Source: Geosiphon pyriformis uo1
Lineage: Eukaryota; Fungi; Glomeromycota
Length of the DNA stretch: 64,000 nucleotides
Assembly (NCBI GenBank): GCA_016748015.1
Contig: JAAOMT010000586.1
Coordinates: forward strand, 310,001 to 374,000
Direction of reading: 5' to 3'
Below the pieces are notes generated by a model. That model ran no database searches and was not told the DNA's origin. It saw only the letters and a program-made list of their open reading frames with translations. This document shows positions 1 through 10,734 of this stretch, piece by piece; the stretch's first letter is position 1; each line of letters begins with the position of its first letter. The translations under genes were made by a program, and so were the position numbers.

Positions 1-399
1 ATTAAAACCTATAATGAAACAATTAGAAACGAACCGTTCTCAGGTTTTAAGAATTTGGATGTTAATAATAAACTTGGTGAAAATTATATTATAAACTTTA
101 ATATACTCAATTTCTTTCTTTGTGTGGATAAGATATTTTTTAACCAAGTTAGCAACTTTTGAATATTCAATGGTTGGAAAAATGTCCAAATTTTCTCTGA
201 TGACAATCAATGCTCCTTCAAGTCAGTCGAGCGATGAAGTTGAAAACTTGATTTGAATATTTTTGTATGGGTATAGAATAAAAAACATTTTGGCTCTAAT
301 AAAAAATTCACAATCAGAAAACACCTGAAAATCTATTCAATTGCTTGAATAATAAAAGTTTAAAGCGTTCGACAGATAATATTTTACTCGGTTTTTCTT

Positions 400-1256
400 T
401 AGAACATGGGATTGGAACTATTTCTGATTCAACAAAAGAATTTTGAAAATTTCAGAAAGCAGCGAATGCAAAAGATTCTTTTGGACAGATATTTTTAGGT
501 TATTGTTACAACAATGGAATTGGTGCTTCACAAGATCGAGGAAAAGCATTTGAACTCTATTCAAAAAGCAGCAGAGAGGGGAAATACTCTTGCACAATAC
601 AATCTTGGATGGTGTCATGAAAATGGATTGGGAACAACGAAAAACTTAGAAAAATCATTTGAAATCTATTCAAATCTTGGAAATTTTTATCGAAATAGAT
701 GAAGAACAATGAAAAACTTAGAAAAACCATTTGAAATCTATTCGAAAGCAGCAGAGACAAATAACTTAAGTTATCGAATTGATTTTCCTGATTTGAATGC
801 CCTTAATCTCACTTTACAGGATCAGAATGACTTAGAACGTTTTATTTTACAATTTCGAAATCGAGGATCAAAATGCCCGGATAATTCTAAAGGAGCATTT
901 TTGGATTTTGAAAGCTTTCTTTGACCAGCTTTCAGATGATTTCAAGTGTCTTAATGTGGTAACTTGGGTGGATCTCCTATATGTCCATTTTGTGATACTT
1001 GTAAAAGGGATAATAATGTATTTGAAGCCGGCTTGCCGAAATGTCCAGAATGCTATCGCACATTAAAGAATTCACTTTAGTCTAACTATTGTGAATCATC
1101 ACGAATAGCAGAAATATTAATATTGATCATTATATAGATAATACATAGAAACTTTCTAAAAGCTCTAGGGAATGCCTAGAATGGGATTTCTGCTGACGAG
1201 AGATCAAATTTTTAAAAAAGGTGGGAACGGAGGATTTGGTGTTGTTATAGAAGGTA
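400..1256 (+). pseudogene. SEL1-like repeat / protein kinase pseudogene fragment
   Basis: ORF 514-702 holds a Sel1 repeat (AAERGNTLAQYNLGWCHENGLGTTKNLEKSFEIY). A near-duplicate repeat end follows at 712-746, then Cys-x2-Cys pairs at about 980-1050 and a kinase Gly-rich loop GGNGGFGVVIEG at about 1219-1255. The pieces are separated by stops and frameshifts, and the sequence then decays into AT-rich DNA. Confidence 0.7.
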
Positions 1257-1894
1257 TATTATAATATTTTATATAACTATAATTAAAATAATATTATATA
1301 ATTTTGAAGTTATAATTAAGCATTACATTATTTACAATTTATTAAAATTTTATATTTATATTTATATATTTTAATTTATAAATATTGTTTTAATCAATAA
1401 TTATTTTATTGATTATATAAACAAAAACCAAATACTTTATTATTATTAATAAATAAATCTTTTTATGAAAATGAAAAATATATTATCAGTTATTAAAACA
1501 AATTTGTATAAATATAAAATTATAAACAATGACTTGATATATTTGATCATAATTAATAATGTATTCACATTGCTATTTAATACAAAATGGTACTTTGATT
1601 CATTAAAACTTGTAAATGTTAAGCAAAATATAACAATTTAATGTACGACTTTATAATGCAAAATGACAACCTGATTATGAAGCATCTTAAATAAAATTTT
1701 TGGGCTCTCAGCTTTGCTGAAATTAACTATGACAGCTAGAACTTCCATACTTGGACAATTGTTTTTTCTTGAAATAGACCAATTATAATCCCAAAGTGTT
1801 TTAACTTTCTATTCAGCGAAATATATATAACGATCACAAAGATAAGGATTGAGAACTCAAATTGAAGTAAGTAAGATAAATAAATAAAAAATAT

Positions 1895-4293
1895 TTATTC
1901 GTCCCATTCTTCATCGTCTTCATCTTCATCGTCCTCGTCTGTGGGAAAGATTAAACATAATCATTAATCATACAATATGTGCAAAATACCTATTGTCAGA
2001 AAGCTATTTAAAAATGGTAAATCATAGATTTTAGCAAGTTTACCTGAATCATTACGAATTGCGATTGAACGCTCAAGAAGAGCTGAAGCTAAAGCCTGAG
2101 CTAGACCACCACCATTAGTTGCTGAAGAGGGGGTGGCCGGTTCAGCTTCATCATAAGTTGCCGAACGCGATTTTGGTTCTCCAACCTGTTGAAAGCTTAG
2201 TGTTATCAATTTCAATTTCAAATACAACATATTCTTAAATCAAAAAACTCACCAATCTCAAATTAGCCCCACCGACCCCGCCAATTTTTTTGATTTCTGA
2301 CAACATATTATTTCTAGCAGAATTAGAGGATGGAAGATCACCATTAGAAGGTGGTGGCGGTGGCGGTGGCGGAGCGCCAACATTTTGATTAATAACCGGA
2401 GGAGGAGGCGGAGGAGGAGGTGGTGGTGGTGGTACACTTCCAGGTAAAGTCGAGATTGGTGGAGGGATAACAATACGAGCAGGGGGGATGGGTGGAGGTG
2501 GTTGAACAATTCTTGCAGGTGGAATTGGGGGTGGTGCTTGAGGTGGTACTTGGGGTGGTTGAAACATTGGAGGACGTAATGGTGGCGGTGGAGGTGGTGG
2601 TGTAGCTTGTTGAATAGGAGCGATGGATGTGGTAGGTGGTGGTGGTGGTGGTGGTGGTGGAACATTTGGTCTCACAACGGGTGTTGGAGGTGGCACATTT
2701 TGCCTAACGATTGATGGAGGTGGACTTGGTGTAACTTTTTGAGGAGGTGGAGATGGCAATACATTTTGAGATGGAGGTGGCGTTTTTGAGACGGGAGGGG
2801 ATGGAGATAAATCGCGTGTAGGAACGGTAATAGGCATCAATGATTTACGTTGTGGTGGAGGAGGTGGCGGTGATGCCTTCCTTGCACGTGGTGGAGGAGG
2901 TGGTGGTGGTTGACGTTTACCTCCTTTATTTACAGGTGGTGGTTGAGGTTTTGGCTTACCAGCAGGAACTGGTGATTTACGTGCCGTTTGATCTGCAATT
3001 CCCCCACTCTGTGCTACAAAGTCTTTAATGAATTGCGCATTTTTTGCGATTTCTTCCTGAAATGAGGCCAAATTTTTTAATTTATTACGAAATAAAGTAA
3101 TCAGGAAATTTTTTGTCTAATGAAGGTTACCTGACTCACACCCAATTGACCCAATTGATCAAACAAATCTCTCCAGGAAGGATCAATATTTTGCACCTTT
3201 TAAGATTTTTAATTCAAAAATTAAGTAAATATCAACATTTAACCCTTGTCCTTTAGATTAAATAAAAATAAATTAGCTTACATCATAGCCCGTATCGGGA
3301 TTCCAACCAATATGACCGAGATGTCTAACAATGAAAAATCATTAAAAAAGATCTCTTGGGAATTCAAACCAATAAGAAATATCCTTTGAAACCTGAAATC
3401 TGTAGGTGTACTAATAGACGCCTTGTCAACTCTACTTTTTTTGCCCTTTTTCGGTTTTTTCGATGAACCTCCTCCAAAAAAGCCACCACCTTTGACATCA
3501 TTTTCTTTCGTTTTTGAGGATTTGACTATTTTGAAATGTGGTTAAAACAAGGGGTAACAATTTACAATTGAATGATCTTGGTTATATTAGAGTATCCAAA
3601 AAGGTAAAATAAATTTGTTTTTTCATGAATACCTTTGGCAGCGATCTTTTCGCGATTTATCACCTTTTTGGAAAATACTGAGGCCTCATTGTCATCTGCA
3701 AAGGAGAATGCTGCGACATATTGCTTTTTAAAAAAAACCATCAGATAAAGGTAATTTTTACAATTTCGATGGAAATCCCCTTAACTCACTTACATCAGTG
3801 GCAAATGTGTGAAAAAAAGTAGTATCAATATTATATTGAAAATCTTGATATAGTTCTTGCTCCCAAATAACACCAAGGTCATTCTAATAATTTTGTTTCA
3901 ATATATAAAGATCAAAGAAATAATGAAATTGTTAATGATGGTGGAAGAATGAAAAAAGAAGTATGTTACTCACGTTCAAATCTACAATGCGGAAAAAAAA
4001 TGAATTCCGTTTCAAATCACGAAGAAAAACTACAGCACCAACAATGTTGGCATAAGTCCAAGTATTTGGGTCAGGATGCGCGACATAAAGCCTAGCCACA
4101 GTCGCTGTTATGATTTTCTATATAAGCAAAAGCGCCAAAGAGTAAAATGAGTAAAGGCTAGATTTAAACAGGAGGCGGTAAAACTCGTAAAATAGAAACG
4201 AAATTTCTAATAGAAACGTACATTTGTAGCGGTCGGAAGAGCCTTCTTGATTGTGGGTTTATCTTTGGGATCGGCGAGAGTTACTGAAGGCAT
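1895..4293 (-). CDS. LAS17: WASP/Las17-family Arp2/3 nucleation-promoting factor (WH1 - basic - CRIB - polyproline - WH2 - C - acidic), multi-exon
   Basis: ATG at 4293 (MPSVTLADPKDKPTIKKALP). WH1 exons (ATVARLYVAHPDPNTWTY; WEQELYQDFQY; FFHTF), CRIB (ISTPTDFR/HLGHIGWNP), a long polyproline exon 2235-3071, WH2 (RNNMLSEIKK), C helix (GLAQALASALLER) and acidic tail DEDDEDEDDEEWDE* ending at 1895. GT-AG introns are visible. Confidence 0.93.
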
Positions 4294-4528
4294 CTTTCAA
4301 GGGAGTTCTTGAAATATTTGCTCAGGAAAATACCCTCAAGTTTATGCATAAATTTATAATCAATAAACTCGATACAAAGCCGCCAAGAATTTGTACTCCT
4401 TGATGTAATTGTATAACAATATATAAATGATATATTGGAAATTGGAAAAAACTTGCTTTATTTTACTCAAGAATTCTTTAAATTTTTTAAAGATTATATG
4501 ATTAGACAATCATTTACAATTTTTTTTT

Positions 4529-5621
4529 TTATAAAACGACATAACGCGTTTGACCTCCACCTCGTACTTCCTTCAATTTACCAACATGCCTCAAGATCGC
4601 CAGAATTGCGCGCCCGGCAACATCTAGTTTGAAGTTGATCTTGAGGTTGTTGATTTTAAGATCATTCTCGGTAATAAAATACTTTCCTTATAGAAAGGGA
4701 ACCAAAAAATTTTGAACAAGGAAATTCCTCACAGCCATTAAACAAAGTGATCAATGTCTAACTGAGCAGTTTCATCATACCTTTAGTTTCTTCATTGATC
4801 GCCTCTTTATATTCCTAAATAAAAATCAAAAATCTTTTCATTTAGTAGAGGATACTAACTAAAGGCTATTGTCATTAAAATCAAAACTATTGATTAATAC
4901 ATGCCCAATAGCGCGCCTTTAAGCTCTGATTCATACTGCTAGGATTCATCTTAAGAATGCGATACTTATCTGCTAATAGTTTATTCAGATCATCAATAGC
5001 CTCGTTAACTTTATCCCGAGTAAGACGATTTGCAATGTACCTAAAACAAAAGATTTATAAATGAACTTTGAAGATGCAAATAAATTTAGTGATGGGGAAA
5101 AGATACTTTGGAACATTTTCAAAATCGGGAACAGTGAGATATGATATGAGAAAGGATAATGCTGTGGTTGATCTTGTGAGCTGTGACAAAACAACAGGCT
5201 GTGGTAATCTTTCATGATAAATCTGCGAAACATCTTCAAGTACATTTCGGTTAAATAACATTCTTGGAAGGTTTGATTGTTGCCTACAAAATAGCAAGTT
5301 TACACGAAAAGGAAGCAGCATTATAATGGACCTTAAAATTTGATTTCTCATAATGAAATGCAGATTTTGCGTTGAAATTCCCCCGCCCGTGAAAAAAACG
5401 GACTTGCTAGTTTCTACGAAGATATCCCTTAGATTTCCAGGCAAATGTTTTGGGAGATGACGACTTATGCTTTTTAAGTGTTCGTGTTGAACTTTTAGCT
5501 TTTCTTTCATCTCCTGTCGAGCGTTGTTAAGAATGAGTTTAGAATCGTGCATTTCTGATTTTTTGAGATTTAAGTTGAGGTATGTAAAGCCTTGATGATA
5601 ATTGATGAGAAAATCATAGGT

Positions 5622-5658
<37 letters not shown>

Positions 5659-5971
5659 AATAGACAGTTTATAATGTCAGAAAACAACACTGCCAACCTG
5701 AGCACGTTCAATTGCAGCTTTTTCTTCTTGTAGGAACGTTGTCATGTATGAAACATGAGTCTCTAGCTCGCTAATAGCGTGACGAAGCTCAACGAGTATT
5801 TTTTCCGTACTTTCTGAAGTGCCTTTTACCAAAGAATTATAAAAGAATAAAAAAGACTGAAGCAAGGTGACAGTATATTATCTTGTTTATTAGAATACCT
5901 TCAGCGCGAAGAAGCATAGAATTCTTGAGCTCACTAACGCGTTCATTGAACATTCGCATCATTACTTCCAT
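4529..5971 (-). CDS. SKA1: Spindle and kinetochore-associated protein 1, multi-exon
   Basis: N-terminal coiled coil (MEVMMRMFNERVSELKNSMLLR...HLPKHLPGN). C-terminal microtubule-binding domain: FENVPK/YIANRLTRDKVNEAIDDLN...FITENDLK...GRAILAILRHVGKLKEVRGGGQTRYVVL*, matching the Ska1 'LRH..RL.EVRGGG.TRY' terminus. Exact start codon is uncertain. Confidence 0.88.
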
Positions 5972-6218
5972 TTCTTCAACTGAGGGATAGTTAGGTTAAA
6001 ACAAAAAATAATAACCGTTTTGTTCATTCGCGTTCTTTAGCCAATCATTATCTGCGATGCAAATATTAGTATTTAACTAATTTCATAGTTTGATGCCTTG
6101 ACGTCTTCCTTTGTTACATAAAAGAGGAAAGTCACTCTAGCACACCATTACCTTTTTCTTGAAGAAGTTGAACAAGTTAAATAATCTCTTTCTCCCCTTA
6201 GTCATTTAATAAAGGAAA
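5972..6218. promoter_or_regulatory. Short bidirectional promoter between SKA1 and the MIR-domain gene
   Basis: About 250 bp head-to-head spacing, containing ACGCGAA (MCB/SCB-like, minus strand, about 6027-6033), AGCCAATCA (CCAAT box, about 6039) and TGACGTC (CRE-like, about 6100). Confidence 0.5.
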
Positions 6219-7134
6219 ATGGGTGAAGTTCATTATGGCAGCTTCCCAAAAGATTCGCAAATTCGAATCGGCTCACATATTGCTCTCAAGCACAACATGA
6301 CAGGTAGGTTCTTATCGAGTCGTCTAGTAAATTATACTACAGGCTCCAAACAACAGGTGAGAATATTTTTTTTATCTTTCGTTTGGTTTTTCAATTTTGG
6401 AGCTAGAAGGTTTAAAAAAAACTTCTTTCAATACATCAATATAACACGTTTGATTTTTCACCTTTACTCACCTAGTTGGGGGTCACTTTTTTTTATTGCA
6501 GTTAGTTTATACCAATCAATGGCATCCCCAAAAAGAGGATATTTGGATTGTTATCCCAGCATTACATAAACATAAGAATCCCGACGACACTGTGCCTTAT
6601 GGGTCTCAAATTCGTCTAAAACATAAAGTTACCCGTCGTAATTTACACTCTCATTCAGGTCACGAGTCACCAAAGTCTAATCAACAAGAAGGTATGCTTG
6701 AGACGCTTTGATGTTTGTTTTCTGACTCAAAAATCCAAAAAATTAACGCAAAAGTTTTTCCTCATTTCCATTCAAAATCATTATTTGGATCATGAAGCCA
6801 CTTGCTTTGGTGATGATAAAAATAGTGATTCGAACGATAATTGGATTGTTCGACGTCATAGTTATACTGGGAATTATGATGATTCTGGATATTGGTGCGT
6901 TGGGGATATAATAAGCTTGTTTCATGTAGAAACTGGCAAAGCGCTTCATAGTCATGATATCAAGCTGGATTCAGATTATAACGAAGTGACTTGTTTTGGT
7001 AAGGGATACGAAGAAAATGATAAGGTAATTATCGTTTTTATATTTCAAATTTGATCGGACGTTTTAATCAAAAATCATTTTGTTTTTTCTCATGATATTC
7101 TTTGTAATTTTAGTGGCTCGTCAACTTTTTCTAA
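6219..7134 (+). CDS. MIR-domain (beta-trefoil) protein, SDF2-like, 4 exons
   Basis: Three MIR repeats: GSHIALKHNMTGRFLSS, YGSQIRLKHKVTRRNLHSH and GDIISLFHVETGKALHSH. Each is followed by QQ(E)V/NEV...W motifs. Last exon 7114-7134 is WLVNFF*. Confidence 0.85.
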
Positions 7135-7139
7135 ATTTT

Positions 7140-8800
7140 GTTTACATTGAAAAAATTATTATTTTTACTATTTTTGTATTTTGAATTACTGCTTTATTTT
7201 TATTAAAACAATTTAAATAAGTTAAAAAATTTGTTGTTAAATCAGTTTGTGTTTTTTTAATTTTGGTTTTAAGCTCAATTTAATAATACTTAAAAACAAA
7301 AAATAAATTTAAAACTGTGTTATTTATTTTATTAATAAACATTAATTATATATTTGTTAATATTTGTTTTAAAAATATAAAAAAAATTTTTTATATTATT
7401 TTTATATTTAGAAATATTAAGTTATTATAAATTAAGTTAAATCTAACTTATTGTAAAAATTATAAACATTTTAGTTATATAAAATTAAAATGTAATTTTT
7501 TTAAAAACCAGTTTAAAAAAATTGTTAAATATATATTATTGTTGATATTTATGTTAAAAAAATATATTATATTTTGTATTCTGTTATGTTTAATAAAAAG
7601 TTTTAAACTTAAATAATTTTATTAATGTTTTTAAAATAATTTGGTTTTAAAGTTTTTGTTTTTCTTTAAAATTTTTTTTAAATAAAATATTAAAATTGAT
7701 TTTTAAATTAAATATTTTGTTGTTTTTGGTTCAAATATAATTTTAATTTTTTTTCTTTTTTTTGTTTCTTTTAATAAAATTAATAACTTATTATTTTTAA
7801 GTTTTAGTAATTTTAGTTTTTTGTTTTGAAGTTAAACAGTTTAAAAACCAAAATAATTAAACTTATAAGTTTTTTTAATATTTTTAATAACTAATTTAAT
7901 TTAAAAAATTATATTATATAACATAAAAGAAATAAATATTCTTATTAAACAAGTAAAACTATTATATAATTAACTTGTTTTAGTTGTTAGTAATAATAAT
8001 TTAATTGTAATTTTACATAAAATATATTTTTAAATAAGTTTGCTTTTTTAAATTCAATTTAATTTAGCTTAGATTTGTTTAAAAAGTTATATATAAAATA
8101 CGTAAATTATAATTATTTATAAGATTTTTGAATTTTATATTATAGTTAATAATAAAATTATATTTTGTTAAAACATTAATAAAAAAAGATTTAATATTTT
8201 TTTAAATTATTGTTTGGTTTTATTAATTTTAAATTAGTTACCAAAAACAATATAAAGCTGTTTTATGTAAAATTTATATTTGAAATTTTTTTAAATATTG
8301 TTATCAAAATTAGGTTTGTTAATTTGTTATTGAAATTAAAATTTTGAAAAATTCCAAATTTGGTAAAAAACTTTTTATTATAAATACTATTATAATTATA
8401 AAATTCAAATTATTTATAAAACCAATTTTTTTGATTTAATATAATGTTTTAAAAGTATTTGTTTAAATATATTATTTTTAACCAATTAATTAATTTAGTT
8501 TTGTATGTTCAAATTGCTAATTAATTTGCTGTACTATTTGTAATTATTTTTATAATTTAATAAAAAAATAAAAAATTCAAAGTTTGGTTTTAATAATAGT
8601 AATACTCGCAGAAATCTTAAAAAAAATTGACCTTTTTTCAATTTAATACACTTGAAAAAGATAAAACCCCGTTGAAAAGTTTGAATAATGCAGAATCCAA
8701 AGAAAATAAACCATTTTAACTTTAACCATTAAATATTTTTTTGAATGAAAAAAACCTTAATACATTAGAATACAGTCATATGATATTAAAATATGATCCG
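7140..8800. other. Extremely AT-rich spacer, probably a terminally mutated repeat relic
   Basis: Very low C/G content, almost no CpG and no ORF of 60 aa or more. Similar spacers occur at about 1260-1560, 15080-15360 and 22320-23870. Confidence 0.5.
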
Positions 8801-8838
8801 AATCTAATCTGCAAATAAAAATTCTTTGACGTTTAGAT

Positions 8839-10243
8839 ATGACTTTAAGAAACTTGTTCAAAAAACGCCTTTTCGGCTGGTCACCAAATTCGCTGTTAAT
8901 CCCACGTTATATCCCTAAAAGGCAATTACATCAGGTGGATATTATTCCGGATCTCCCCCATGACATTTAAACATTAATAGATGGGTTTTGAAAGGTTAAC
9001 TTCTACTCTTGTGAAAATTGCCTAAAGTCTTTGACCAATCTCAATATGAAAGTTATTCCAATTCAAGGTATCGTCTTTCCAAATTTGCTAAAATCGTCAT
9101 ATCTAAAGGCGAAATATATAACTTTTTTTGTTTATTTCTGTTCAACCCATCAAAGTCCTCGAGGATAACTATTCTTACCTTGTAGTAGACAAAGAAACTA
9201 GAGAAGGTATGCAAGTTAAAACTTACGGTTTGATTGAATGATGAGAGTCGATAAAATTAGCCCTTCAACAATGATAATATCATGTTAAAGCCCATTTCAA
9301 GTTTCCGGGCTCAGGATGTTTTACCCTCTTCCGATTTTCCAATATATCAATCAATACATCGTGACGAACTTATTTTACATTAGCCGCAGTTGTCGACCCA
9401 GTCGAACCAGAGAAAGTACTATCCGTTGTGAAGTCTGAAAACCTGGAACTTAAACATTTAATTACTACTCATCATCATTGGGTAAGTCCAATTAAAGGTT
9501 AGATGTTCAAATTTCTCCAAATTTCTCCAAATTTCTGTATTATTAAGGTCATTAATGGGGTTATTCACCAAATTTAAAACAATCCCAAGGATCATTCGGG
9601 TGGTAACGAAAAAGTCTTCAAAGCTGTTCCCGGTATAGCCGTTTATGGTGGTGATGAACGCATACCTTCATTAACAAGAAAAGTCCGAGATGGTGAAGAA
9701 TTCAAGATTGGAAATATTACTGCAAGAGCGCTCTACACCCCTTGTCATACTACCGGCAGCGTCAGTTTCTTTTTAGAGGATGATGATGATAAAGCTGTGT
9801 TTACAGGTCAAATTATTTTTAAAATTAATTTGATTTCATCAAATATTCTCAAATAATTAATACTTTAATCGGACCCAGGTGATACCTTGTTCATTGGTGG
9901 TTGCGGAAAGTTCTTCGAGGGATCAGGTGCCGACATGCACAACTCTTTAAACAGAGTTCTGGGGAGTCTTCCTCCCGAAACCAAAGTATACTGTGGCCAT
10001 GAATATACCGCCTCTAATCTCCGATTTGCCGCCTCTGTTGATCCCGACAACAAGGTATTAAAAGAGAAAATTGCATGGGTCGCTGAACACAAACAGACAG
10101 TGCCAAGTACAATTGGAGACGAAAAAAAGTTTAATCCTTTCATGAGAGTTGATACAGATGTCATTAAACAAGCAACGGGTAAAGAGGATCCAGCGGAGAT
10201 TATGACTGTCTTGAGAGAGCTGAAAAATAAATTTAGAGGATAG
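8839..10243 (+). CDS. GLO2: Hydroxyacylglutathione hydrolase (glyoxalase II); core starts at ATG 9046, with a probable upstream mitochondrial-presequence exon 8839-8934
   Basis: MKVIPIQ/VLEDNYSYL, AAVVDPVEP, metallo-beta-lactamase motif TTHHHW/DHSGGN, TPCHTTGSV, VFTG/DTLFIGGCGKFFEG, VYCGHEYT, PSTIGDEKKFNPFMR; stop at 10243. Confidence 0.95.
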
Positions 10244-10734
10244 ACTCAATTAATCAAAGCTTGAGTTGCTCGATCCAAAAAAGTGGATAGTTGGTTTTTA
10301 CGCTACACATGGTATTTAGAATTATTGTCATCCAAGACAAAGTGTACTTAAAACAGAAATTTAATAACATTTTGGATTACGAAGATTGGACCCAAGTCAA
10401 AACATTTCAAATTTCCTTTCAAAATAAAAAATTATGGTTTAGACTCAACGTAAATTACATATATTATATATTATTATACTTTTGATATATTCTCTAAATT
10501 AATACAAGCTGTGTAACTCACCAAAAAGCTCCAATAAAAACAAATATTTTAAATTTTGGATGATTATTAAAATGCGGTAGGTTTTGTGAGTGAATACTAT
10601 TCATGATTAATAATGATTAATAATGACGATGTTGGGACCTGTAATTTGGTGACATCCGTGACGGATCCTATTGTCCCAAGTTTTTTCCCTACCCTCAAAA
10701 TATTTCGCTCTCAATTCTTGCAAAGCAAGTAGAA

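Noticed and set aside
2258-2665. His-rich ORF (MFHHHHHHHH...)
   Set aside because: Alternative-frame reading of the CCA/CCT proline codons of the WASP polyproline exon.
5055-5711. 218-aa ORF with a poly-Lys run
   Set aside because: Read-through across SKA1 introns; the Lys run is the intronic homopolymer.
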